Of a stretch of 52,706 bases of DNA, positions 28,690 through 37,739 are shown one piece after another; the first letter of the stretch is position 1, and each line of letters starts with the position of its first letter. The stretch is from assembly GCA_001784805.1 (NCBI GenBank), contig MFSE01000006.1, positions 1 to 52,706 on the forward strand, given 5' to 3'. Both the position numbers and the translations under genes were made by a program. A model generated the notes under the pieces. The model worked only from the letters and a program-made list of their open reading frames with translations. It was not told where the DNA came from and did no database searches. Source of the DNA: Candidatus Moranbacteria bacterium RIFOXYA12_FULL_35_19 (GTDB lineage Bacteria > Patescibacteriota > Minisyncoccia > Moranbacterales > UBA2206).

Positions 28690-28819
28690 TGTCATTCCCG
28701 CGTAGGCGGGAATCTAGTTTTAAAGTTTTATTTATTGCAAAGACTCAAATGTTTTGCAAGGCTTCTGCACTGAATCCCCGCAGGAGTTTATGCTCGCGAA
28801 AGCGGGTGCGAGGATGACA
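28690..28819. repeat. dRS3-like miniature element after hpf
   Basis: TGTCATTCCCGCGTAGGCGGGAATCTAGT identical to 19019-19047; ends GGATGACA. Confidence 0.88.
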
Positions 28820-28824
28820 TAGTA

Positions 28825-29190
28825 TTAGAACCTTGCGTCTTTACTAATCACAATTTTTTTCTTAAGCGAGCGAGCTCCGCGTTCGCGGATATCTTTGAGC
28901 TTGCTTTTATCCTTAGTGATTTGTTTTTGTAATTCTTCAATGACCATATCCGTTGAACCTTCCACACTTTCAGAAATTTCTGTCGCTCGATATAATTTGT
29001 ACGGAGTTTTGATCATCACTTCTACATAAAATTTTCCTTTTTTATCCATTGAAATTTCCACTTCGTATTCCAAGGATTTTTTCAAAAATTTTTCCATCTT
29101 CTGAATTCTTTTCATAATATAATCCTTGGTGCGATCATCTAACTTGACATTCTTGCAAAATAAACGAAGATTGAGAATTGTGTTTGGCAT
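28825..29190 (-). CDS. hpf: Ribosome hibernation factor HPF/RaiA family
   Basis: KNVKLDDRTKDYIMKRIQKMEKF..D..IEELQKQI; usual position upstream of secA. Confidence 0.78.
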   Translation of the reverse strand: MPNTILNLRLFCKNVKLDDRTKDYIMKRIQKMEKFLKKSLEYEVEISMDKKGKFYVEVMIKTPYKLYRATEISESVEGSTDMVIEELQKQITKDKSKLKDIRERGARSLKKKIVISKDARF

Positions 29191-29220
29191 ATAATTTAAT
29201 TTAAATTAATTAGCTTATAT

Positions 29221-29334
29221 TCCTTACAAATTACGAACTTTTACGAATGTACCAATGTGAATTAAAAATAATTTTTATTTTTTATTTAATTATTTGCAAT
29301 TCGTACATTCGTACCAATTCGTAATTCGTAAGGA
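29221..29334. repeat. TACGAA-heptad inverted-repeat element between murB and hpf
   Basis: TCCTTACAAATTACGAA ... TTCGTAATTCGTAAGGA. Confidence 0.8.
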
Positions 29335-29337
29335 TTA

Positions 29338-30291
29338 CTAGAAGCCCACATATTGCACTTCTTCTTGAAGTTGCACGCCCAACTCATCGCGCACTTTCAT
29401 TTTGATAACACTAGAAAGCATCACAATATCCTGCGCTTTAGCATTGCCTACATTTACTACAAAATTAGCATGCTTTTCGCTCACTGCAGCACCCCCAATT
29501 TTTTTCCCGCGTAGCCCAACCTCGTCTATCAGCCAGCCAGCCGGAATTTTTGAATCTATTGCCTTCTGGCCAGTGTCTTTTTCAAAACGATTAATCAATT
29601 CCTGATTTTCCACCTTTGGATTCTTGAAAAAACTTCCAGAACTTGGTTTTTTAGGATTTGGATGAACTGTATCAGAGCGTTTCTTGATAATTTCTTTTAT
29701 TTTATTATTTATTTCTTCCTGATCGCCCTTTTCTAATTTCAAAACAGCCGAAATTATAATCAGATCTTTATTTTCTTTGAAAATGCTATTGCGATATGCA
29801 AACTTACATTCACTTTTCCTAAGGTTCAACCTTTGGCTAACCAAAGGTTGAACCTTTATGACTTCCACGCTTTCCGCATTATCCGCCATGCAACCCAACG
29901 GTATCCCAGCATTTCCCCGAATCGCTCCACCAACTGTTCCAGGAATTCCCGATGCCCATTCAAGTCCGGAAAGTGAATTTTGCATTGCTAAATTAACAAC
30001 TGAGCTCAAAGAGGCACCGGCAGAAACTTCAATTTTATTTTCTTGTATCTTGTATCTTGCGTCTTGTATCTTGATTACTAATCCATCAAATCCATCGTCG
30101 CTTATAAGAATATTACTCCCTCCGCCCAGCACAAAAATTTCCAAATTATTTTCTTTGGCAAATTGCAAAGCCTCAAGAAGCGCCTCTTCGTCGCTCACTT
30201 CTACAAAGTATTTCGCCGGTCCACCGATTTTGAAAGTAGTCAACGGCGCAAGAGAAATATTTTTTTGGATTTTTAAAATTGGCATAAACAA
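29338..30291 (-). CDS. murB: UDP-N-acetylenolpyruvoylglucosamine reductase
   Basis: TTFKIGGPA, LGGGSN, GIPGTVGGAIRGNAG, SGSFFKNP, KHANF. Confidence 0.96.
   Translation of the reverse strand: MFMPILKIQKNISLAPLTTFKIGGPAKYFVEVSDEEALLEALQFAKENNLEIFVLGGGSNILISDDGFDGLVIKIQDARYKIQENKIEVSAGASLSSVVNLAMQNSLSGLEWASGIPGTVGGAIRGNAGIPLGCMADNAESVEVIKVQPLVSQRLNLRKSECKFAYRNSIFKENKDLIIISAVLKLEKGDQEEINNKIKEIIKKRSDTVHPNPKKPSSGSFFKNPKVENQELINRFEKDTGQKAIDSKIPAGWLIDEVGLRGKKIGGAAVSEKHANFVVNVGNAKAQDIVMLSSVIKMKVRDELGVQLQEEVQYVGF
29816..29856. repeat. Truncated copy of the valS/RAYT palindrome in frame in murB
   Basis: TTCCTAAGGTTCAACCTTTGGCTAACCAAAGGTTGAACCTT, one mismatch; encodes KVQPLVSQRLNLRK. Confidence 0.95.
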
Positions 30292-30363
30292 ATATTAAAA
30301 AATTTACAACTTAATTTTCAAAATATTTCGATTGTAAATATTTTTATTTTTTAGCATTCTATT

Positions 30364-31509
30364 TTAATTTTGTTTGTGTAACAACCTATCAATTATCATC
30401 ACGAATTCATCTTCATTATCCTCTCTTACTTTTTTAAAAGCTTCTTGATAGAGTTCTAATATCTTTTTAAGCTCCGGCCCGATCTTACTAAGCACATCTT
30501 GATTACCATTAATAAAAAAATCGGCAATTCCTTTTAAATTTAATTCGGCTTCCTTATTATATTTTTCTCTTTGATCCCTACTTAAACTTTCAATATATTC
30601 TCTTATTGGCCCTTCTTGAAAACCCATAATTTGATCTATTCTATCTCGCTCAGCTTCCATTTCTTTTGTTTCTTTGATTTTTGACTGTTTTTCGAAATAT
30701 TTTTGATACATTTTTTTAAAATCAACTTTCGAAAAATATTGTTTATTTTTCTCGATATATTCTTGGGCTTCTTTTTTATTCTTTGAATCTGGGAAAATAT
30801 CATCCTCAGCTTCACAAATAATTGCAGCAAAATTCCCCAAAACTGATCCAGCCGCTGCTTCCTTATTATATATTGGAATAATTTCATATTCAATCATTGA
30901 TTCCTTAATTTTCAGAACTTTAACGCCCTCTATTTCGCCAAGCTCCGGTTTAATTTTTCTAACACTGCCCGACCCGTTTAAAAAATCAACATACCACCAT
31001 TCGCCGTTAGACAATCTAACCACATTAATTGCATGGCTAACTGGGCTACCCCAATAATTTTCAATTCCGGCTTTTTCAAGCATATGCAATCCGATAAGCG
31101 ATGATCCGACACAACTGAATTGCCCCAATTCTTTCATTTTTTTAGGCCAGGAGTCCCATCTTGCGCTTTTTGATTTATCAAATTTTTCAATCAAATTATC
31201 AATTTTTTTGTGGCAATCTTGAATATATTTTACTTCCAAATCTGATTTTAATTCTGAATTTTTCTCCTCTCTTAAGGCTTTGATCAGATTTTCATCTGGA
31301 ACTAAATTCCATTCTTCACATAAACTTTCAATTTGTTCCATTAAAGTCTCATACATCCATTTTTTTATTTCTTCATCTTCTAAATTTTTCGGATCTAAGA
31401 TTGTTTTCTCTGGAATTAAAACCATATCCCGCCAAGCAGAAATAAATTCTTTCTTTTTTTCTTTAGAAATTTCTTTTTCCTTATTATTTTTTGGCCATTC
31501 ATTAGTCAT
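30364..31509 (-). CDS. Hypothetical protein, possible transglutaminase/papain-like Cys-His-Asp fold
   Basis: FSCVG..SHAINVV..WWYVDF spacing. Confidence 0.55.
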   Translation of the reverse strand: MTNEWPKNNKEKEISKEKKKEFISAWRDMVLIPEKTILDPKNLEDEEIKKWMYETLMEQIESLCEEWNLVPDENLIKALREEKNSELKSDLEVKYIQDCHKKIDNLIEKFDKSKSARWDSWPKKMKELGQFSCVGSSLIGLHMLEKAGIENYWGSPVSHAINVVRLSNGEWWYVDFLNGSGSVRKIKPELGEIEGVKVLKIKESMIEYEIIPIYNKEAAAGSVLGNFAAIICEAEDDIFPDSKNKKEAQEYIEKNKQYFSKVDFKKMYQKYFEKQSKIKETKEMEAERDRIDQIMGFQEGPIREYIESLSRDQREKYNKEAELNLKGIADFFINGNQDVLSKIGPELKKILELYQEAFKKVREDNEDEFVMIIDRLLHKQN

Positions 31510-31525
31510 AAAATATTTTTATAAT

Positions 31526-32197
31526 TTATTCTAAAATATATTCTTCTAATTCTTTCTTATCCTTAAAATAATCAGCATTATTTTTTATATACTTTTCGTA
31601 TTCATCAAAATTATTATCAAACTGCCCCAAAATAATTTCTTTGTTACATAACTTTCCCTCTCTCTTCCCAGTATAATCCAAAAAGCTGGAATATGGCCAA
31701 TCCTTTTCCGAAAACCCATGAATTTCGTGATTAACATTCACATAGGCCGAAAGCAAAAGAAGATATTCGTTGGAGTCGATGTGGATGGATTTAAATCTTC
31801 CCTGAAAAAGAGCTCCTGAACGTTTGGTTTTTTTATTAAAATACATAGTATAACTAGTACCGACTTTTTGCATAAATTTAACTATGCCATTATTTTGCTC
31901 TTGTTTTACTATAAAATGATAGTGATTAGGGTTAAGACAATAAGCAATAATAGAAACGATTGGCTTCCTAAGGTTCAACCTTTGGCTAGCCAAAGGTTGA
32001 ACCTTAGGAAGCTCTGCTATTCCATTTTTATGTAAATCTCTCCATATCAACATCAATCCATCTTTTTCATCATTCAACAAACTCATCCCCAAAATAAACC
32101 TCTCATAATCTTTCTTATCCAAAAACACCTCCCGCTTATCTACTCCACGGTTATATATGTGGTAATATTCACCATTGGCAAATTCAGTTTTTCGCAT
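31526..32197 (-). CDS. REP-associated tyrosine transposase (RAYT, Y1 HUH family)
   Basis: YYHIYNRG, AYCLNPNHYHF, YFNKK..RSGALFQGRF, Y.N.N, WPYSS. Confidence 0.9.
   Translation of the reverse strand: MRKTEFANGEYYHIYNRGVDKREVFLDKKDYERFILGMSLLNDEKDGLMLIWRDLHKNGIAELPKVQPLASQRLNLRKPIVSIIAYCLNPNHYHFIVKQEQNNGIVKFMQKVGTSYTMYFNKKTKRSGALFQGRFKSIHIDSNEYLLLLSAYVNVNHEIHGFSEKDWPYSSFLDYTGKREGKLCNKEIILGQFDNNFDEYEKYIKNNADYFKDKKELEEYILE
31963..32012. repeat. 50-bp perfect palindrome inside the RAYT ORF
   Basis: Contains the 48-mer found in valS. Confidence 0.97.
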
Positions 32198-32204
32198 TTA
32201 TTTT

Positions 32205-33587
32205 TTATTTTTCATTTAATTTCTCGGCGACTTCCCAGCCGTTACCGGCACCGATGGCGATGACAACATCTTCACTTCCGATTTTATCTCGCAAAAATTC
32301 CACTGCTTCATCAATCGTTTTTATATATTGCGCCTTGTCTCGATCGTATTTATTGATCAAATCAACTAAATCTTTGGAGCTTATTTTTCCAAAATTTTCT
32401 CGAGCCGAGCCATAAATATCCAAAATGATCACCTGATTAGCATCAGAAAATGATTGTGAAAATTCTTGCAAAAGCGCTTCTGTTCTAGAATAGGAATGTG
32501 GATGAAAAACCGCCCAAATATTTTTCTGCGGATAAATTTCTCGTGCACCCTTAAGTGTTGCCTTAATTTCCTCTGGATGATGTCCATAATCATCAATCAA
32601 AATTGCACCATTTCTTTCCCCGATATATTCAAATCTCCTTTTGGTTCCACTAAAACTAGCTAGTCCTTCTTTTATTTTCTCTAAATCTAAATTCAATTTA
32701 TGGCAAGTTGCTATAACCGCGCAAGCATTCAAAACATTATGTTTTCCTGTTAATTGAATTTCAAAAACTCCTAAACTTTTATCGCTATAACTAACTTCAA
32801 AAAATTGTTTTAGATTTTGTAATTTGTAATTTGTAATTTTATAATTATTCTCCTCATTGAATCCATAAGTCAAAACTTGACACTTTGCTTCTTTCGAAAC
32901 TTCCAGAGTATCCACACTGTCTCCCCAAACTACCAAAAATCCGGTTTTTGGAATACGCGCTACGAAATCTTTAAAAGCTTTTTTATAATCGGCAAAATTT
33001 GGAAAAGTGTCAGGATGATCAAAATCCAAACTGGTTAATACAATCGCTTTTGGATTATATAATTTTAATTTATTTTGAAATTCATCCGTTTCTGCCACAA
33101 AAAACTCCCCTTTCCCGCTAAGTGCATTACCCTCCCAATTTATAACTCGGCTTCCAATCACTGCGCTCGGATCAACTCCAATTTCTTTTAATGTATGTGC
33201 TAACATTGCCGAAGTTGTCGTCTTGCCATGCGTTCCGCAAACTGCAATCCCATATTTCTCATTAAAAAGTTCGGCTAAAATTTCCGGATAGCTAATCATC
33301 TCCAAATTTCTTTTTTTCGCTTCTTGAAATTCAATATTATTATTTTCATTATACGCCGTGGAATAAATTACCAGATCCGTATCTGCTGGAATATTTTCTG
33401 GAGAAAATTTTTCAAAATATTGAATGCTTAATTTTTGCAAAATCTCATCAGTGAAAAATTTTTCATTCGTATCCGAACCTGTTATTTCAATTCCCATGGA
33501 ATGCAAAATTTCCACCACCGCAATCACGCCGGAACCCTTAATACCAATTATATAAGCTTTTTTAAGATTATTTAAATTAATTGACAT
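32205..33587 (-). CDS. murC: UDP-N-acetylmuramate-L-alanine ligase
   Basis: IIGIKGSG, GTHGKTTT, GTKRRFE, DDYGHHPEEI. Confidence 0.95.
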   Translation of the reverse strand: MSINLNNLKKAYIIGIKGSGVIAVVEILHSMGIEITGSDTNEKFFTDEILQKLSIQYFEKFSPENIPADTDLVIYSTAYNENNNIEFQEAKKRNLEMISYPEILAELFNEKYGIAVCGTHGKTTTSAMLAHTLKEIGVDPSAVIGSRVINWEGNALSGKGEFFVAETDEFQNKLKLYNPKAIVLTSLDFDHPDTFPNFADYKKAFKDFVARIPKTGFLVVWGDSVDTLEVSKEAKCQVLTYGFNEENNYKITNYKLQNLKQFFEVSYSDKSLGVFEIQLTGKHNVLNACAVIATCHKLNLDLEKIKEGLASFSGTKRRFEYIGERNGAILIDDYGHHPEEIKATLKGAREIYPQKNIWAVFHPHSYSRTEALLQEFSQSFSDANQVIILDIYGSARENFGKISSKDLVDLINKYDRDKAQYIKTIDEAVEFLRDKIGSEDVVIAIGAGNGWEVAEKLNEK

Positions 33588-33592
33588 ATAAA

Positions 33593-33692
33593 TAATTTTT
33601 AATTTGAAGTTTTTAATTTTTAATCAATTTTAAATTTATAAATTTTCAAAATAAAAATTCAATAAAAAATTTTAAATTAAAAATTAAAAATT
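33593..33692. repeat. AT-rich heptad inverted repeat between murG and murC
   Basis: (TTTTAAT)n arm then (ATTAAAA)n arm filling the intergenic gap. Confidence 0.55.
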
Positions 33693-34792
33693 CATTTCGT
33701 CATTCCCAAAATCCCCTCTGCGATTCGATCCGCCGCATCTGGGTGGTAAAATGATTTTATATTCTGTGTTAATTTATTGCGCAATTCTTCATTGTTCATA
33801 ATTTCATTAATTTTCCCCAAAAGCATATGCTCGCCTAAATTTGATTCTTCCAAAACTACACAGCCACCAATCTTAGCAATAGAATAAGCATTCATTCTTT
33901 GATGATCATTGGCTGAATTTTCAATAGGAATTATTATAGCAGGTTTTCCGTTAGCGGCAATTTCGGAAATTGAGGAACTCCCTGCTCGCGAAATAACTAA
34001 ATCCGTTACTGCCAAAATATCCTTGAGCTCTTCGCCGACAAAAGACAAAATGTGATATCCATCTCGTCCAATTTTTATCCCAAGTTCTCCCGCTCTTTTT
34101 TTCACTTCTTCAAAATTTTTCTCGCCTGTTTGATGGATAATTTGATAATTCGGCAAAAGCTCCGGCAATACTTCCAATATTTTATCATTAATTGCTTTCG
34201 CTCCTTGCGATCCACCCCAAATAAAAATAGTTTTTTTTGATTCCAAAAGCGAAAACATTTTTTGAGCATTTTCTTTATTTCCCTTATTGATATCTTCCCG
34301 AAGCGGACTACCTGTAACAACCACTTGTTCGGAATGAAAATAACTTTCGGCGCTTGGATAAGAAACTGCCACGCGAGAAGCAAGTTTAGCCAAAACTGAA
34401 TTAGCCATCCCCGGATTAGCATCTGATTCATGAATTAGAATTGGGATGTGATACAGCCAGCCAGCAATAACCACTGGCAAAGTGGCACAACCTCCTTTGG
34501 AAAAAATAACTTCCGGCATAAACCAAAGCAAATGCCACAAGGCTTGCACAATTCCAATAGGAATTTTCAAAGCATCTACAAAATTTAGAATAGAAAAATA
34601 TCTTCTCATTTTTCCACTCATCGCATGTTTGATTGTTATTCCTTCGGCCGTCATAAATTTTTTAGAAAAATTTTCTTTTGGCCCCAAAAACATAAACTCT
34701 GCTGATATTTCTTTTTCTTTTATTTTTCTTGCTACGGCGATAAGCGGTATGATATGCCCGCCCGTTCCGCCTCCTGTCAAAACAATTTTCAT
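33692..34792 (-). CDS. murG: Lipid II GlcNAc transferase MurG
   Basis: TGGGTGGHI, GGSQGA, SRAGS, HQRMNA. Confidence 0.96.
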   Translation of the reverse strand: MKIVLTGGGTGGHIIPLIAVARKIKEKEISAEFMFLGPKENFSKKFMTAEGITIKHAMSGKMRRYFSILNFVDALKIPIGIVQALWHLLWFMPEVIFSKGGCATLPVVIAGWLYHIPILIHESDANPGMANSVLAKLASRVAVSYPSAESYFHSEQVVVTGSPLREDINKGNKENAQKMFSLLESKKTIFIWGGSQGAKAINDKILEVLPELLPNYQIIHQTGEKNFEEVKKRAGELGIKIGRDGYHILSFVGEELKDILAVTDLVISRAGSSSISEIAANGKPAIIIPIENSANDHQRMNAYSIAKIGGCVVLEESNLGEHMLLGKINEIMNNEELRNKLTQNIKSFYHPDAADRIAEGILGMTK

Positions 34793-34816
34793 AATTTTAG
34801 TTTTAAATTATATTTG

Positions 34817-35920
34817 TTAATTATTTTTAACATATTTAGAAATATTTAAAATAATTCCTGCTCCTGCCATCAAAAATATCAGGGATGTTCCGCCGTAACT
34901 AATGAAAGGTAAAGGAATTCCCGTCAAAGGAATTAGCCCAGAAATAGCTGCAATATTTATAAAAGCTTGGAAAACTATCCAGGCAATTATTCCCACTGCG
35001 ATAAATTTCGAAAAATTATCCGGTGCTTTTTTGGCAATTTTGAGCCCTCGAATTGACAAATAAACAAAAATAAAAATTAATAATGACGCTCCCAGCCAGC
35101 CCGTTTCCTCGGCAATGATAGCAAAAATCGAATCACCTACGGGTTCCGGCAGATAATTGAATTTTTGCAAGCTATGTCCTAATCCTACACCAAAAAAGCC
35201 TCCTGTTCCAATCGCCAAAAGAGCTTGGTTTATCTGATAGCCAATTCCTTGCGGATCAAGCTCCGGATGCAAAAAAACTAAAAATCTATCCATTCGATAC
35301 GCTTCCATCTTAATAATCATTCCTAAGATTGCTATTCCGGATACACCCATAAGAAGCATGTGAGAAATTTTCGCTCCAGAAACAAAAAAAATGGAAATTG
35401 AAATGAGAATTATAACACCCAAGGTTCCCACATCCGGTTGTTTGATAAGCAGAAAACTTATTAGTCCGATGATTATCAAAAATGGAATCAAACCCTCATA
35501 AAAATCTTTTACTTTTTCCGATCGGCTTTCCAACCAAGCTGCCAGGTATATAATTATTGATAATTTCAACATCTCCGAAGGCTGGAAAGAAAAAATTCCC
35601 AATTTCAACCAGCGACTAGCGCCATAAACTTTCGATCCAAATTCTGGAACAAAAACTAAAATAAGAAAAACTACACTTAAAATAAAAAAAGGCAGAGAAA
35701 TTTTTTTCCAAAAATTATAATTTATTTTTTGCGTTATATATAAAACTATAATTCCCGGTATTGCTCCATAAAACAATTGATGTTTAAAAAAATAATATGG
35801 ATCGCCAAATCGAGAACGCGAATATGAAATTCCGGCCGAAGCAATCATAACCAAACCAAAAATTAGAAGAGTTAGGATTGTATAAAGCAATTTTTTATCA
35901 ATTTGATTATCTTTTAACAT
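34817..35920 (-). CDS. ftsW: SEDS peptidoglycan polymerase FtsW
   Basis: GASRWL, FQPSE, YLPEPVGDSIFAIIAEE, GIPLPFISYGGTS; next to murG. Confidence 0.92.
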   Translation of the reverse strand: MLKDNQIDKKLLYTILTLLIFGLVMIASAGISYSRSRFGDPYYFFKHQLFYGAIPGIIVLYITQKINYNFWKKISLPFFILSVVFLILVFVPEFGSKVYGASRWLKLGIFSFQPSEMLKLSIIIYLAAWLESRSEKVKDFYEGLIPFLIIIGLISFLLIKQPDVGTLGVIILISISIFFVSGAKISHMLLMGVSGIAILGMIIKMEAYRMDRFLVFLHPELDPQGIGYQINQALLAIGTGGFFGVGLGHSLQKFNYLPEPVGDSIFAIIAEETGWLGASLLIFIFVYLSIRGLKIAKKAPDNFSKFIAVGIIAWIVFQAFINIAAISGLIPLTGIPLPFISYGGTSLIFLMAGAGIILNISKYVKNN

Positions 35921-35985
35921 AAAATATAAATATCGAGATTGTTTTTGTTCGCCAGCTGGCGAATTAGAAAATTATAATTTCATAT

Positions 35986-36720
35986 TTATTTATAATTTGA
36001 TGCTTTGAATTTTGAATTTTTCTTTCTCCATTCTTCTATTTTTTTATGATTTCCTGACAATAAAACTTTTGGCACTTTCCAATTCAAAAATTTTTCCGGC
36101 TTAGTATATTGTGAATGTTCTAAATAATTCTTGCTATTATGCGATTCGTTTTTGGTACTTTCGCTATTTCCCAAAACCCCCGGTAATAATCTAGAAATCG
36201 AATCTACTAAAATCATTGCGGGAATTTCTCCACCCGTAAGAACAAAATCGCCAACGGAAATTTCTTCGTCCGCTAAATATTTCGCCACCCTTTCATCCAC
36301 ACCCTCATAGCGTCCGCAAATAAAAATTAAATTGTCATATTTTGACAAACGCTTAGCATCACTTTGGGTATATTTTTTCCCTTTGGCTGAAAATAAAATA
36401 GTCCTGATTTTTTGTTTTGAATTTGAAATTTTAGATTTGAAATTTACCTGCCTGCCGGTAGGCAAGGTTTGAGATTTGAGATTTGTAATTTGTAATTTTA
36501 TTACATTTATAGCTCTATGAATGGGTTCAATCTTCATCACCATTCCCGCTCCGCCTCCATACGGCGTGTCATCAGTTGTTTTATGTTTATCCAGGGTAAA
36601 ATCACGAAGATTATGAATTTTAATTTCAATTAAATTATTTTTTTGTGCCCGTTTCAAAATCGACTCATTGAAATATGAACCAAAAATTTCTGGAAAAATT
36701 GTAATAATATCAAACTTCAT
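35986..36720 (-). CDS. trmD: tRNA (guanine-N1)-methyltransferase
   Basis: MKFDIITIFPE, DDTPYGGGAGMV, CGRYEGVDER, GDFVLTGGE; start 36720. Confidence 0.96.
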   Translation of the reverse strand: MKFDIITIFPEIFGSYFNESILKRAQKNNLIEIKIHNLRDFTLDKHKTTDDTPYGGGAGMVMKIEPIHRAINVIKLQITNLKSQTLPTGRQVNFKSKISNSKQKIRTILFSAKGKKYTQSDAKRLSKYDNLIFICGRYEGVDERVAKYLADEEISVGDFVLTGGEIPAMILVDSISRLLPGVLGNSESTKNESHNSKNYLEHSQYTKPEKFLNWKVPKVLLSGNHKKIEEWRKKNSKFKASNYK

Positions 36721-36749
36721 AATTATATAATACCATATTAAAAATAAAC

Positions 36750-36779
36750 AAAAAAGACCCTGCCTAGGCAAGGTCTTTT
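36750..36779 (-). terminator. Hairpin between khpA and trmD
   Basis: aaaagacc-ctgcctaggcaa-ggtctttt with flanking A/T runs. Confidence 0.55.
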
Positions 36780-36801
36780 GTATAATACAAAAAGTGAAAA
36801 A

Positions 36802-37125
36802 CTAAACATTGATATCTCCAACCACTTCATCAATAGTTTTTCTTTCTTTAGGTGCTACTCTTCTTTCGCTTCCTTCCGGCTCATTTATTTTTAGATTAAC
36901 TCGAGCGTTATTGCGCGCTCCAATAACTCGCAAAAGAGTTCTAAGAGCTTTGGCAGTTGCGCCTTCGCGACCGATAATCATTCCCATATCTTCAGCATTG
37001 ACATCCAATGAAATGAGTACTCCCATTTCATCAATCTTGCGATCAACTTTCACATCTTCTGGATGATTTACAATTTGTTTAACGACATATTCTACAAAAT
37101 CTCTGTCGGTTACTTGTTCTGTCAT
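36802..37125 (-). CDS. khpA: KH-domain RNA-binding protein KhpA
   Basis: VEYVVKQIVNHPEDV..DMGMIIGREGATAKALRTLL; adjacent to trmD. Confidence 0.9.
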   Translation of the reverse strand: MTEQVTDRDFVEYVVKQIVNHPEDVKVDRKIDEMGVLISLDVNAEDMGMIIGREGATAKALRTLLRVIGARNNARVNLKINEPEGSERRVAPKERKTIDEVVGDINV

Positions 37126-37288
37126 ATGTGTGTACTGAAATTAAATATTACTTTTCTGAATTATTTTCAGAAATAATTTTGAGAAATTGTGAAGCCCGCA
37201 AGATCGACCAGCCTGTTTAACTCCACATTTTCTTAATTATATTATAAGCTATAAATTGGTTTTTGTCAAAATAACTGACCACGCTTTT

Positions 37289-37687
37289 TTATTCTGTTGT
37301 TTTTCCGTCAAATTCCGCGTCATTATTTTCTGCTTCCGCCTTGGTAGCGCGCACAATTCCATCCTGATGATGTGCCGGAGAATAAATCGTATAAAGCTTC
37401 AATTTTTCCGTTTCAGAAACATTGATGATGTTATGCTGGGCTCCCGCCGGCACCACAATCGCCACGCCATCTTTCACTTCGTATTCGTTACCATCAATGA
37501 TCACTTTTCCATTTCCCGCTTCAAAACGAAAAAATTGATCATTTTCCGGATGAACTTCCATCCCAATTTCTTCTTTTGGCAAAAGACTCATCAGCACTAG
37601 TTGGCTATTTTTGCCAGTATAGAGAACTTTTCTAAAATTCTCATTTTCGAGAGTGTCTTTCTCGATTTCTCCTCGATATCCTTTCAT
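37289..37687 (-). CDS. Cupin-domain protein
   Basis: QLVLMSL..EIGMEVH..DQFF..VPAGAQHN. Confidence 0.88.
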   Translation of the reverse strand: MKGYRGEIEKDTLENENFRKVLYTGKNSQLVLMSLLPKEEIGMEVHPENDQFFRFEAGNGKVIIDGNEYEVKDGVAIVVPAGAQHNIINVSETEKLKLYTIYSPAHHQDGIVRATKAEAENNDAEFDGKTTE

Positions 37688-37739
37688 AGTTTTTTTATTA
37701 ATTATTAATTATGCAAAAACAATACCATTAAATATTTTT

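Noticed and set aside
28611-28817. 68-aa plus-strand ORF
   Set aside because: Reads through the dRS3-like element.
31526-32197. Canonical IS200/IS605 element
   Set aside because: No tnpB and no subterminal hairpin ends were seen; the motifs fit the RAYT branch.
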